A stretch of DNA of 64,000 nt from contig JAANOX010000231.1 in assembly GCA_020184695.1 (NCBI GenBank), forward strand, positions 124,001 to 188,000, in the 5' to 3' direction. A program made the position numbers and the translations under genes. Positions 43,829 through 55,729 of this stretch are shown in pieces. Numbering within the stretch: the first letter of the stretch is position 1; each line of letters opens with the position of its first letter. The stretch comes from Histomonas meleagridis 2922-C6/04-290x (Eukaryota; Protista; Parabasalia). Under the pieces are notes generated by a model that was not told the DNA's origin, searched no databases, and saw nothing but the letters and a program-made list of their open reading frames with translations.

Positions 43829-45118
43829 ATTTTCATAATTAACATCAATTTTAATATTATCAATTATATATTTAACAAGTTCAATATTCTTTAAATCAAT
43901 TGAATTTATTAAAACATCAGAAGGGAAATCTGTTTTCATACTATTTAAATATCTAATAAGAAACAAATTCCCATCTTTTGCTATTTGATTTATAATATCA
44001 TTAATTTTCACATTCCGATCACAAATCATTTTTCCGTTTTCCAAGAAAAAATTCAAAATTTCAAAATTATAATAAGTTATACAATAATTTAATAGAGTAG
44101 AATCTGGAAAATTATATTTTTGATGTTTCGAACTTGTAAATTTCTCATATAAATATTGGAAAACTTCATTTCGATGAAATTCAATTGCAACTTCAAGAGA
44201 TTTATTCGAAAAGACGGAATGATTTTGTTCACATAAATGAATAATTTCTAAATTTCCTCCAGCAACAGCAAATTCTCCCGTAGTTTTAATACAAGCATTA
44301 TTCATTAATAAAAATTTAAAACATTTAATTGATCCGAAATATGCAGCAATATTAATTAATGAATTTCCCATATCTTTCTTATTAGAATTATCCAATTGCT
44401 TTTTGTTAATAAATGAACATCTTTCATAAAGTGATCGCTGAATTGTTTGGTTGAAATCAAAATCGTTTTGTGATGCTATATCTTGAAGTTTCTCGATTTC
44501 ATCATTTCGTATTATTCGGAAAAGTTCATTCGGATTAACTCCTTCTTTAACACATTTCTTATGAAATTCCCAATCATTTTTCGAGATTTTATCTTGTTCA
44601 TCATAAAAGAATTTTCCAAAATCACATAAATATCGTATTAATCCATTTGCTTCTTGCGTTCGTAAATGTCCAAAATAATATGTGTTTTTGGATATTACAT
44701 CATTCTTATCAATAATGTTTAGCTCAAGTAACTTTTCTAGAAGATAATTTGATTCTTGTGATTCACGTTGAAGAAGAATTTGTGTAAATGCCTTGAAAAT
44801 ATTACTTTTGTTTTGTTTGATTGATTGTTCTTTAGATTCAACAGCTTGAAGAAATTGAATATACGTATCAGTTTCTTTGGAATTCGCTACAAAATATGAG
44901 TAAACTAAATGACAAAGAATAATATTAAAAGAATATTGAATTTCATCTTCATAACGTTTCATTACTAATGCAGCTTTTTCATCGATATTATCAATATGTA
45001 ACTCAGAAATAATGTGTTCTAAATTTCGGAGAAACTCAAAGTCAGTTGAAGGGGGAGAAGAGTTTTCCACCCTATTTTTTCTCTCCTTGGAGTTTTGAGA
45101 TTTTTTCTTTGGAGGCAT
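42575..45118 (-). CDS. DUF3447 + ankyrin-repeat protein C (continuous to 43829, then discontinuous; about 690 aa if the inserts are removed)
   Basis: Intact 430-codon N-terminal part with the DUF3447-type motif. Reconstructed linkers EKGY, KFGL, NESKE, ALGD, SLGC, SNGW, ESGK and NEGG are all sense. Confidence 0.8.
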
Positions 45119-45508
45119 TGTCACATGGGGTACCCCATCATGAATAAACTATTCAAAACAAATGATAAAATTTGCATCACTACCATCTTTAAATAAATAT
45201 CTATTCCAATTTCTTTTGTCAATAACACTTAGATATAAAAGTTGATTTTCAAGGAGAAAAATTAAAATTTTGATCAAAATTTAATGAAATTAAAAAAAAA
45301 TAATTAAAGAAAATAATTATATGAAAGATAAATTAAAATGCGTATATGTATTTCATGGTTACACTAAGCTTCTGTTTGCGTTTTTCAAAAATTAAAAAAA
45401 CGAAAACAATGGAAATCTAAAATTTACAATCAGAAAAAAGAACAAGCAAAGCGAACTAATGATAATGAATAGTGTAAGTTTAGAAACATGTTTAAAGCAC
45501 ATATGTGC

Positions 45509-45781
45509 CTATTTTTGAATCAAATCCGGTGGAAAATAATTATTTTGCAATGATTTGTCATTATAATTTCGATTACCTTGGATTTGTTTGTTGTGTATGA
45601 CCCAGTTAAATTTTCTTTTTATGAAAGGTGCCTTTGGTCTTTTTATTCGATTTGCAATTTCGGATGGTTCTGAATTTAAGCAACCATTACAAACTCTTCT
45701 TTGTGTGTTGCATTGAGGGGAGAGAGCTGCTGATATTTTAGATGATGATGGTTCACTTGTGTGGCAAGAAGCTAATTCCAT
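45509..45781 (-). CDS. Small hypothetical ORF (Cys/His-containing)
   Basis: 90-codon ATG ORF, GC-richer than its flanks, with C-H...C...CxxC. No recognised family. Confidence 0.3.
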   Translation of the reverse strand: MELASCHTSEPSSSKISAALSPQCNTQRRVCNGCLNSEPSEIANRIKRPKAPFIKRKFNWVIHNKQIQGNRNYNDKSLQNNYFPPDLIQK

Positions 45782-46078
45782 CTTTTTGGTGAAATCCAAT
45801 TCAATTCATTTTGCGGTTAGATTGTGATGCTGTCAATTCCAAACAAATAAAGTGGGAAAAATGGCGGTTATTTATCCCTTTTGCCGCCATTCTATAAATT
45901 TTATAAAAAGGAAATTAAGTCTTTTTTAGCTCAAAAATAAGAAAAAGAAAATATGACTCAAATTTAATGTCCATAATGTAACTTAACAAGATGTTTGATA
46001 GGAATCATTAATTTCATTATTGTCGAAAAATGTTTATTATTCGAGAAATTCCTGAATTACCCTTTAAATTTTTTTGTT

Positions 46079-46612
46079 TTATAATCGCTTGAGCCGTTTC
46101 CTTGCTTTATTTGCCGCTGTTTTTTGAGATGTGGCACCACTAGAAGATTTCATTGCATGAACTTGAGTCATAAGCTTAGCTCGTGCACAGTAGTCTTCAT
46201 AGTTCTCAAGAAGGAGGCGACCTGCTTCTTCATTAAGCGCACTTTCAGCATTTGGTTCTATTAATAAGCATCTAATAGTGAGTAGTAAATGGTCAAGACC
46301 CATATCTTCAGTCCAATCACTGCTTAGCGTGCTTAAACATATCGCACCTGTTTCAGGATGAACATTAGGATGAAATATTTTTGTCAGAAAATAACCTTTT
46401 GGTGGCTTCTGTGGAAAGTCTTCTCCAATTTCAAGTTTGATTAAGAACTCTCCTCCTTCAAATGGTGTGTTTTCTGGACCTTGAATAACTGCTTGGAATT
46501 CTGTGAGACAATCATTATTTATACGAACATTAATGCCACCTAACTCGGCCTTACTGAGTTTCTTCATCTCAGTCATAAGTCGCTTGGCAACTTCAGGACG
46601 AAGCGATAACAT
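46079..46612 (-). CDS. UBE2S: Ubiquitin-conjugating enzyme E2 S-like
   Basis: IFHPNV..G.ICLSTL..DW, PNAESALNEEAGRLLLENY and a basic KRLKRL C-terminus. Confidence 0.9.
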   Translation of the reverse strand: MLSLRPEVAKRLMTEMKKLSKAELGGINVRINNDCLTEFQAVIQGPENTPFEGGEFLIKLEIGEDFPQKPPKGYFLTKIFHPNVHPETGAICLSTLSSDWTEDMGLDHLLLTIRCLLIEPNAESALNEEAGRLLLENYEDYCARAKLMTQVHAMKSSSGATSQKTAANKARKRLKRL

Positions 46613-47034
46613 AAGTGACCAGCTGCTTTTTTAAACGTATAGTTTTAAATAACATTTCATCAAATTGAATACTTAATAAATCAATTAACCGCCGTAATAA
46701 TTTATCTTAAAAATTTCATTTAATAAATAACAGTAAATTCATTTAGAATTAAATATAAATTAAATATTATATATTTTAAATTATAATAGTCTCAATGCTT
46801 CAACAAAAAAGTAATATTAATAAAAAAAAGTGATCAAATTGAAATCAAATTAATAAAATTTTCATCAAATTATCAATAAAAAGATTTTATTTATTGTTGC
46901 CTTAAAGTTGATTTCCAAATGCTGTTTCATTAAAATTCGTTTGGAGTTCTAAGTTTGATATTTTTATAAAATTTTGTGAAGTGAATTAAGTATTGAAAAT
47001 CGACTTTTTGAACTCGGATAAATCAAATTTGTGA

Positions 47035-47940
47035 ATGGATAACTTTAAAGTTATCAAGAAACTTGGTAGTGGCAGTTCAGGTATTGTTTATCTTGTAAAA
47101 TCATTAGGAAATGGGAACCTTTGTGCTATTAAAGAAATGGAATATGATTCACTGGAGATTCAAGAAAAAGAAAGAATCATTCAAGAAATTGAAATTATTC
47201 GGTTATGCAATCATGATAATATCATCAAAATATTTAGCCTTACCAAATGTAATGGGAAGATCGAAATTCTTATGGAGTATGCAGACAATAATGATCTGTT
47301 TGATTATGTTTCCAAACGTACAACACCACTTCCCGAATCCGAAGTCGTAGAAATATTCACACAAATCTGTCTTGCCGTCAAATATCTACATGATCGGAAG
47401 ATAATTCATCGTGACATTAAACTTGATAACATTTTCATGTTTAAGAATGGTTTAATTAAACTTGGAGACTTTGGATTTGCAAAATGCCTTCGATCCACAA
47501 TCGATAAAACTAAGTCAACAGTTGGATCACCTTATTATCTTTCTCCTGAAGTATGTTCCGGGATTCCATACTCAGCGCCATCCGATATTTGGGGGCTTGG
47601 ATGTGTTCTTTTTATTATGTGCACATTAAAATTCCCTTTTTATGGAAACACTTTTCCTGATATTGTGCGATCGATTTTGAGATGTGCGCCAGCAAGCATT
47701 CCGCATATTTACTCAAACGAATTGCGTCAACTTGTTACTTTAATGTTACAGAAACAGCCTGAAAAAAGGCCAACAATTAATGAGATTTTACAGGTTCCAT
47801 TGTTGAGATACAAAGCAATGGAATTACTGGGAAGAAGTGCATTCGAATCAGAAATGAGTCATACCATTTTCCATGGATTTGCTCCAGGAGTTACACCGAA
47901 CGGCTTCTTAAATGAAATTAAAATCCAATTGGATAACTAA
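47035..47940 (+). CDS. NEK-family protein kinase
   Basis: GSGSSG, HRDIKLDNIF, KLGDFGFAK, VGSPYYLSPE and DIWGLGC. Confidence 0.93.
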   Translation: MDNFKVIKKLGSGSSGIVYLVKSLGNGNLCAIKEMEYDSLEIQEKERIIQEIEIIRLCNHDNIIKIFSLTKCNGKIEILMEYADNNDLFDYVSKRTTPLPESEVVEIFTQICLAVKYLHDRKIIHRDIKLDNIFMFKNGLIKLGDFGFAKCLRSTIDKTKSTVGSPYYLSPEVCSGIPYSAPSDIWGLGCVLFIMCTLKFPFYGNTFPDIVRSILRCAPASIPHIYSNELRQLVTLMLQKQPEKRPTINEILQVPLLRYKAMELLGRSAFESEMSHTIFHGFAPGVTPNGFLNEIKIQLDN

Positions 47941-48227
47941 AAAATATTTCAACATTTTTTTATAAAATAAAAAAGGTGGTTTGTGTTTTGGAATGTAATT
48001 AAAAAATTAAAATCTTGAACTGTTGTCTTTAAGCAAGTTAATAACACCCAAAATAGTTTAATTATATGATAAATATGTTTTTTGATGATTGATTCCTTTC
48101 GTCTAGAATTAATGATAATGGGTTAAGCGAGAAAGCGTGGATATCACTGTGTTGAAAGTAATAAGCTTTTTTGGCTGTTAAGATTTTATTTTTTTGAATT
48201 TCCTGAAATTATAAACGTTCGGCACAA

Positions 48228-51200
48228 ATGAAAAGCAGCAAAACCATCCCCACATCATCTGATTTATCAGCACAAACACGCGAATTATTTCAAAATGCTG
48301 GTAGCGATATACCTCCGATTCCTTTTAAAAATCAAGCACAACTCCTTCAAGAATTTGATACAATTGCTGCAAATATTGATGAAAGAAAAGACTGGTCTGA
48401 TCAAACAAATGCAATAAACAAGTTAATGGGGTTAATAAATGCAGGTGCTCTAAAAAACGAGCAATTTGTTAAAGAACTTGTTAAAATTAATACTGGATTA
48501 ATTGATGCATCCAATAATTTAAGAAGCACATTGGTAAAAAAGTCATGCCTTTTAATTGCACAACTAAGTCGTGAATTGAAAAACAAGTTTGAAATAATGG
48601 GAGAAATGATTTTTCCATTATCATCTCAAACTTCTCATGGAACTCAAATAATTGCTGAAAGTTGTAAATATGCAATTTTAAGTATCGGAATGTATTGCCA
48701 AACAAAGCGAACTCTCGGATCAATTCTTGAATTATCAAAGTCAAAATCAGTTAATAATCGATGTATATCAGCGGAATGCATTTGCAATGTCTTAAATAAT
48801 TGGAATAAGAACATTATTGAAAATAATTACGCTAGAATATGTGAAGTAACGAAAAAATTAATAACTGATTCAAATCCAGAAACAAGAAATTTTGCAAGAA
48901 AAGCATCATCACTTATCATTAAAGCATTTCCTCAAAAGAAAGACGAATATTTGGATGGGATTGATTCCCGAAATATCAAACAAATCGAAGCACTTTGTCA
49001 AAAGGAAAATGAAAACAAAAACACTGAAACACCAAAATACAAAACAACAAACGAAAATAAAAAGAAGAAAATTGAAGAAACTCCAAGTTCAACAAGTAAA
49101 TCACAAAGTGTACAGATTGAAAGATATGAAACACCGAAAATAAACAATAAAAATGCAAAGTTTGAATCTCCGCAATCTTCAAAATCACAAAATCAGAAAC
49201 GTAAAACGCCAAAATCTAAACAACAACAAATTGTATTAAAAGCAAAAAGTTTATCAAATAAAAAAGGGAAATCAAACCAAAATAAAGAGAATATAATCGA
49301 ATCGCCAAAAATTTCAGTTACATTAAAACCAAACCAAAAGAGAACACCAAAAAATGCAAATAAACAAATAAGTAAAACAATTATGAAAACACCTGAAATT
49401 GAAGTTTTCACACCAAATGATATAAATGTACAGAAGAATTTCAATGATGAAAATATACTTTCGTTTGATGACGAATTTCAAATGTTATTTGAAGATAATA
49501 ATAATCAAATTAAATCCGATGAAGAATTTTCTCTGAAACAAAAAGAAGTTGATAGTGATAAAAGTGATGAAACTGAAACAAGTGATAAAGAACAAGAAGT
49601 AAAATCAAATAACGAAAGTACTGAAACAACTTCACAAGAAAATTCAGATGAATCTCAAATTAGTGACAAATCTGAATCTTCTTTAAATCAAGAAGAAGAT
49701 GAAAGTGAAACGCATAACAATAGTGAAAGTGAATCTTCCTCAATACGAATAGAACATGAAGAAGAAGACGAAAATGAAACTCCAATTGATGAAGAAGATA
49801 GTAATGAGAAAGAAAATGATTTTACGACTGTTGAAGTGATAAACCAAAATGAGGAAAATACAAAATCAGATAATAATGAAATCGAAAGTGATTCAAATTT
49901 AGATGAAAAAGAAGTGAAAGAGCAAAAAACAGATAAAAATAAAGAAATATATTCAAAAGAAGAGAAAATCGAAGAAATTGAAGTTGACATTACAGAAGAA
50001 CAAAATAAGGATGAAGAGAAACAAAGCAAAGAAAATATAATTGATGATACAAGTAATGAAAAAATAGAAATAACTAATGACGATGAAAAAGTGAATGAAA
50101 ATATTATTGAAGAATTGGATTCAAAAGAAGAAAACAATATTGATAATGAATTGCAAAGTAAGTCCAAAGAAGATTTAAGCAAATTAGAAATAGAAGAAAA
50201 TGTAAAAGAAGAGAAGCTCGAAGAAAATAACGAAACAAAAGACGAAAATAATATAAGTGAAAATCAAGAAGAAGAAGAACCAAAAATATTAATTATTTCA
50301 GATCAAGAAGTTGAATCACAAAATGAAGAGCAAAAAGATTTTCAAACAGTCGAAATCATAAAATCGAAAGAAGAGGGCGAAGAGCAAAAACAAGTCAAAA
50401 GTGCTAATGAAAATAATGAAGAACAAAATAATAATGAAATTGAAAATAAATATGAATCTGAAACTAACGGAACACTAAATATTAAAGAAGATGAAATCGA
50501 AAATCAAAATATTGAAATCACTAAAACGCAAAAACCTGAAATAAAACAAAATATGCATAAAAATGAAGAAGAGCAGCAAAGCATTGAAATAAAGCAAAAG
50601 CAAAACGTAGCTGAAAATGAAGAAGAACAGCAAAATATTAAATTTGAAAAATCGCAAAAATCTGAAATAAAGCAAAAACAAAGCATACCTGAAATTAAAG
50701 ATGAACAACAAAATATTAATATCGAAAAATCGCAAAAATCCGAAATAAAGCAAAAACAAAGCATACCCGAAATTAAAGATGAACAACAAAATATTAAAAT
50801 GGAAAAAACGCAAAAATCTAAATTAAATAGCAAACAAAAAATTAAAGATAATAATAACGAAAAACATAACATTAAAGAGAATGAAGTAGAACATCGAGTT
50901 ACAAATCTTAAGCGCTCCAAGTCACCGCATCGTTCACAAATTCCCGAAATTCGAAGTCATTCACATAAAACTAATTTTATTCCTCCGCCCAAATTTAATC
51001 GTAGTTTAAGTAATGCGTATACAAACAAGAAATATGATGACTCATCTCCATATAAAACCAAAATTCGCTCTTCTCTTGATACTAAGTCATCATTTCGAAT
51101 TAAACTTGAAGAAGGCGAAGAAATCACATTTCTTAATCAAATTAGTAATTACATTAACAGTGGGCGACAAAAAGATTTAAATAATTCCATCAAACAAATA

Positions 51201-52313
51201 ATTCCTGGATTAATCGTATGTTCAGTTCATGAAAACACTAAAATATCATCGCAATCATTACGTTTAATACTTGACTCAATACCAATATTTAGAAACGAAT
51301 TCGAGTCTTCATTAGTTTCACTTTTAGAGATATTATTTAATCAATTAACATGTGAAACAAGTGAATCAGAATATTTAATACCGTCAATTTTAAAAGAAAT
51401 CGAATCTATATATGATCCGAATATATTACTTTCTATTGCATCGAAACAAGCATATTCGAAACCTTTAATGAGATTTGTATCAAGTCTTTGCATGCAAAAA
51501 GATACGAATTTAACAGATTCCAATTTATGTTCATTTATTATTGATATTGTATTTCAATATCAAGAAGATACATCGAAAATACGAAAAATTTTATATTGTA
51601 TTGGACATCAGAACCCATTAATTATTAGGAAAGAAATAATTCGAAATGTTTATAATAAAGAAATATTAATTTCGATACTTTCGGATATCGAAGATCGAAA
51701 TAATGATATTCCTAAATTTAATCCACGAAATGTATTAAAATGGTGTAATGATATTATGAATTATATCAAAAACATTAAAAATAATCAATGGAATTATTAT
51801 AATCTTTTTGTTTATGAAGAAATTACTGAAGCACTTGAAGAAACTAATGAATATAATATAATATTTGGATTAACTTTAGATATAATGAAATTTAAAGGAA
51901 CAGATTTATATGAAATGATAATTCCTCCGATGTTGGTACATATAAAAGAAAGGAAATCAACAAATGTGAAGTTGTTGTTTGAATATTTAAAGGAAAATAT
52001 TCAAATTTCTTCATTAATAAAAAGTATTTTATGCGTTGCAAATGGTAATGATCCGGAATTAATTCGGAATTCATTGTTTGCAATCGGAATTTTGCTGAAA
52101 AATGATGAAAGTGAAGATGTTGAAGCAGAAATTGACGATATTGCAAAGTTGTTAAAGAAATTGATTAATAATGAAAATCCTGATATTAGAAGAAGTGCTG
52201 TGTACTGTTACGTGGATCTTTATGTGAAACATAAAAACAAAATTGAAAAATATGTAAAAGAACTAACGACAAACCAGCAGAAACTGATAAAATTATACAG
52301 AAATATAGAATGA
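48228..52313 (+). CDS. CLASP-like microtubule regulator (N-terminal TOG, acidic linker, C-terminal HEAT/TOG)
   Basis: DW.DQ.NA..KL, NLRSTLVKKSC, DSNPETRNFAR and C-terminal DIRRSAVYCYV...LT..QQKLI.LY. Confidence 0.8.
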   Translation: MKSSKTIPTSSDLSAQTRELFQNAGSDIPPIPFKNQAQLLQEFDTIAANIDERKDWSDQTNAINKLMGLINAGALKNEQFVKELVKINTGLIDASNNLRSTLVKKSCLLIAQLSRELKNKFEIMGEMIFPLSSQTSHGTQIIAESCKYAILSIGMYCQTKRTLGSILELSKSKSVNNRCISAECICNVLNNWNKNIIENNYARICEVTKKLITDSNPETRNFARKASSLIIKAFPQKKDEYLDGIDSRNIKQIEALCQKENENKNTETPKYKTTNENKKKKIEETPSSTSKSQSVQIERYETPKINNKNAKFESPQSSKSQNQKRKTPKSKQQQIVLKAKSLSNKKGKSNQNKENIIESPKISVTLKPNQKRTPKNANKQISKTIMKTPEIEVFTPNDINVQKNFNDENILSFDDEFQMLFEDNNNQIKSDEEFSLKQKEVDSDKSDETETSDKEQEVKSNNESTETTSQENSDESQISDKSESSLNQEEDESETHNNSESESSSIRIEHEEEDENETPIDEEDSNEKENDFTTVEVINQNEENTKSDNNEIESDSNLDEKEVKEQKTDKNKEIYSKEEKIEEIEVDITEEQNKDEEKQSKENIIDDTSNEKIEITNDDEKVNENIIEELDSKEENNIDNELQSKSKEDLSKLEIEENVKEEKLEENNETKDENNISENQEEEEPKILIISDQEVESQNEEQKDFQTVEIIKSKEEGEEQKQVKSANENNEEQNNNEIENKYESETNGTLNIKEDEIENQNIEITKTQKPEIKQNMHKNEEEQQSIEIKQKQNVAENEEEQQNIKFEKSQKSEIKQKQSIPEIKDEQQNINIEKSQKSEIKQKQSIPEIKDEQQNIKMEKTQKSKLNSKQKIKDNNNEKHNIKENEVEHRVTNLKRSKSPHRSQIPEIRSHSHKTNFIPPPKFNRSLSNAYTNKKYDDSSPYKTKIRSSLDTKSSFRIKLEEGEEITFLNQISNYINSGRQKDLNNSIKQIIPGLIVCSVHENTKISSQSLRLILDSIPIFRNEFESSLVSLLEILFNQLTCETSESEYLIPSILKEIESIYDPNILLSIASKQAYSKPLMRFVSSLCMQKDTNLTDSNLCSFIIDIVFQYQEDTSKIRKILYCIGHQNPLIIRKEIIRNVYNKEILISILSDIEDRNNDIPKFNPRNVLKWCNDIMNYIKNIKNNQWNYYNLFVYEEITEALEETNEYNIIFGLTLDIMKFKGTDLYEMIIPPMLVHIKERKSTNVKLLFEYLKENIQISSLIKSILCVANGNDPELIRNSLFAIGILLKNDESEDVEAEIDDIAKLLKKLINNENPDIRRSAVYCYVDLYVKHKNKIEKYVKELTTNQQKLIKLYRNIE
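50625..50820 (+). repeat. 78-nt (26-aa) tandem repeat in the CLASP linker, about 2.5 copies
   Basis: EQQNI..EKSQKSEIKQKQSIPEIKD units start at 50625, 50703 and 50781. Confidence 0.9.
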
Positions 52314-52355
52314 AAATTGTGTTTTGTTTAATGTAAAATTATTAGAATAAAAATG

Positions 52356-52357
<2 letters not shown>

Positions 52358-52387
<30 letters not shown>
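52358..52387. repeat. (AT)15 microsatellite
   Basis: Read directly. Confidence 0.95.
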
Positions 52388-52390
<3 letters not shown>

Positions 52391-52800
52391 AAATATCGAT
52401 TCTTTATTGTAAAAATAAATACATTTCTGTAATATAATTATTGTTAAAACTTGTTATATTATATTTTTGTTGAGTGTCATTTACAGAGTTAATTTCATTT
52501 TTCTTGTGTTTCACATATAAATAATATTAATATTACATCAATAAATTAATTACACTTCATTTCAACTTAATTTTCATTATCCATTATGTGTTTCTTTATA
52601 ATGATATAATAATGAATTATACATCAATTCAAGGATTCATTTTGTAATTTTCATTTGATCTAAATGATGTATCAATTTAATTTGAAGGACAGTTAACCTT
52701 ATGAAAATAAAATTTGTTCTCAGATTATATAAAACTATTTTTATTCCAATATAATAAACGTAATCTATTGATACATGAAAATGTTTATTTATAATGAAAT

Positions 52801-55017
52801 TCAAATTTGGTTAAATTTCTCTTCTTTGAAGTCGTTTGCAAATGGATCTTCTTCGATGTTTGGATTCGCCAGACCGACATCGAATGTATCTGTTGTACCG
52901 AAATTACTTTGTTCGAAACTGCTTTTATCTTCTTCGCTAATTTGTTTCCTATTTCTAATCCTAATGAAAATCACTAAACCTATAACTACAGCAACAACGA
53001 CAACAGCAACAATTACGCACACAATGACTACAGTTGTTGTATTGTTACTATCATTTGTTGGTGCTTCATTCATATCATATATATAAAAGAAGTTTGTGTA
53101 ACTCGAAACAATAAACGAATACACAACGACTGTATATTCGTAACGTATGATTTCTTTCTGTACATAAGTACTCATATCACCAGAAATCGAAACTGTACTA
53201 TATTTCGATCGAATTATATCTAGAACAGAAATCGTTTGAGTGAATGTTAATGAATATGTCATTATGATAGTATTCGTTAATGTTGCATCGTTATTATGTG
53301 AATGAATAAATGTGTTTGTGTCAGTATGAATTTGCGATTTTGTAAACAAGCTTTGCTCTGTAAATGGAGTCGAATCGGAAGTTATACTTATATCTATGTG
53401 TGGTGCAGTAAATGTATTTGATTTAGTATACGTATTCGATTGTGTAAATGTATTCGATTTCGTATACGTATTCGACTGTGTGAATGCATTTGATTTAGTA
53501 TACGTATTCGATTGTGTGAATGCATTTGATTTGGTGAATGTATTAGATTGTGTGAATGCATTTGATTTAGTGAATGTATTTGTCGTCGCAGTTGGCCACG
53601 CCGGACATCCATCAAGTACTGAAGTTCTTAACACACTAAAATCACCAAAGGTAGTGCTTTGATATGAGTCCAATGTCATCACAGCTTCAACTGACACTTG
53701 ATCGAAAGCAGTATCATCTATTTCTGGCATTGTGTTACCATAAAAATATATACATTTTAATGAATCACAGTAATAAAATGCTTTACTTTTAATAACTTCA
53801 ACTTTTTCACCGATTATTATTACTTCTAAATCACCGCAAGATTGAAATGCAGATGAAGAAATAGTTGTCACTGAATTTGGGATTGTGAAACTTTTTAATG
53901 CGCATTGTTGAAATGCTGATGAACTAATAGTCTGAAGAGGAGCATTTATATCAATAGTAACTGTTTCTAAATAATAACATTGATCAAATAAAGAACTTCC
54001 AATTGTAGTTATAGTACTCGGAAATGTGAATGATTTTAATGACATGCATTGATAAAATGCTGCTGATTGAATTTCAGTTACACCTTCACTAATGATAATA
54101 GTGACTATATAATTGCATGAATAAAATCCAGAACTTGTAATTGATGTTACTGTTTCTGGAGTTTCATATGTTGTACTTTTGTATCCTCCTGGACAACATA
54201 TGATATTAGTTACGTCTTTATCACAAAGGACTCCATCGACATCGGAATAATATAAATTTTCTTCACTTACTTTAATGGATTGTAAATATTTACAGTTCGT
54301 AAATGCCTGTATTAATATTGATGTAACTGAACTTGGAATTGTAATTTCTTGTAATGAAGTCCCATAAAATGAATATTGTGCGATTGTTTCAACTGTATCA
54401 CCAATACTTGCACTAACTAATGAATACCAATTCTGAAAAGCGTATCCTGGAATTTCGGTTATTCCGCTATCTATAATAACACTCTTTGTAGTAGATTTAT
54501 ATTCCTTATAAGATGCATCTTCAAAATCAGTGGATGCTGAAATAGTTAGTGTTGATGTTGTAGAATCATATTCCAGTTGAAATGAATGTGAAAGAAATAT
54601 TACGGTAAATATAGAAAGTTGTTTAATATATCGTTTTGAATCTTTAGAACTATTTTTGAATGATAAATTACTAATGATGATGTTGAACATAATTAATAAT
54701 GATAAAATAAATAAAACAGGATATGAATTTATATCCCAGATGTTATGTATATTGAATAAATTATATGAAAATGTCAAATATATCAGTCGATTAAAATCTA
54801 CAATACCAGACTGTTTCATTTCTTCGTTATCGAAATTACATATTATATGAGGGGTCAATTTATTTCGAATTTTCGATTTGATCTCGTTATTGTATTCAAA
54901 ATAATCATTGTTTTTAGCATTGTTTATGTTTATACATATCGAACGAATTATTCCTCGAATCAAGGTATATCCGCCAATCAATAAAAAAGCGATATGGCGT
55001 ATCTTTCGGACACGCAT
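52801..55017 (-). CDS. BspA-like LRR surface protein 2
   Basis: TpLRR repeats, (FTKSNA/FTQSNT)n stalk at about 53408-53583, a TM segment and an EEDPFANDFKEE tail. Confidence 0.92.
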   Translation of the reverse strand: MRVRKIRHIAFLLIGGYTLIRGIIRSICININNAKNNDYFEYNNEIKSKIRNKLTPHIICNFDNEEMKQSGIVDFNRLIYLTFSYNLFNIHNIWDINSYPVLFILSLLIMFNIIISNLSFKNSSKDSKRYIKQLSIFTVIFLSHSFQLEYDSTTSTLTISASTDFEDASYKEYKSTTKSVIIDSGITEIPGYAFQNWYSLVSASIGDTVETIAQYSFYGTSLQEITIPSSVTSILIQAFTNCKYLQSIKVSEENLYYSDVDGVLCDKDVTNIICCPGGYKSTTYETPETVTSITSSGFYSCNYIVTIIISEGVTEIQSAAFYQCMSLKSFTFPSTITTIGSSLFDQCYYLETVTIDINAPLQTISSSAFQQCALKSFTIPNSVTTISSSAFQSCGDLEVIIIGEKVEVIKSKAFYYCDSLKCIYFYGNTMPEIDDTAFDQVSVEAVMTLDSYQSTTFGDFSVLRTSVLDGCPAWPTATTNTFTKSNAFTQSNTFTKSNAFTQSNTYTKSNAFTQSNTYTKSNTFTQSNTYTKSNTFTAPHIDISITSDSTPFTEQSLFTKSQIHTDTNTFIHSHNNDATLTNTIIMTYSLTFTQTISVLDIIRSKYSTVSISGDMSTYVQKEIIRYEYTVVVYSFIVSSYTNFFYIYDMNEAPTNDSNNTTTVVIVCVIVAVVVVAVVIGLVIFIRIRNRKQISEEDKSSFEQSNFGTTDTFDVGLANPNIEEDPFANDFKEEKFNQI

Positions 55018-55729
55018 CAATGCTTATGGTGCACAGTGTTTTATCACGACTTTTTGAATATCGAACGTATTGTTCTGGCACTCAATAAAAATTTACGAGG
55101 TTTTGAAAAATGACTGAAATAACCGCAAAAAACGTACAGTTTCATTCAAAATTTTTCTGTCACTTTGAGATGGGCTTAACCCCTTTGTTAATCGTCTTGA
55201 ACGACTAATATTAATTCAGATCGATTTTTTCGAATCAAAATTACTGTTAGCATTAACTAAGATGTCTGCAAGTCGATATGAAATCTGTGACTATAATGTC
55301 ATACATTATAATGTCATTCTGGCAAGGTCGAAACAATTATTAATAACACATTATTCGACGACAAGTACGTTTATCTTTTCGCATTTTTGACAAAATGAAA
55401 ATACTATACCCTCAAATCTATTACTTATGATATTAAAATCACACTTATTTATATATAAGTAGTTATTTTAATATATGGAAATAAATTTGTCTAATCATAT
55501 TTGTTGAGTATTCATTATAAAAATAGATTTCGGATAAAAGATTTTACCACTCACAAAATCATATATTTTACATATATTGTAATTGAAATAGCAATTTTCA
55601 ACACTATTCAGAAACAGCCCGACAAATTTTATTATTGTATATCCGCTTTTAACTAATTTCATTCATAATTCTCCGATATTGAAATCAGTTCAGTAATAGA
55701 TTTTAGAATATTGTAATTTTTTAGAATAC

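Noticed and set aside
45125-45138. 14-bp palindrome ATGGGGTACCCCAT and a uORF 20 nt upstream of the gene C start
   Set aside because: The intervening 17 nt are GC-rich and unlike the insert consensus, and nothing equivalent is seen at the other three genes. Probably coincidence.
49688-50920. Ser/Phe-rich antisense ORFs opposite CLASP, and similar short antisense ORFs opposite PFK, tubulin and DHX37
   Set aside because: Shadow ORFs of biased coding sequence with no recognisable motifs.
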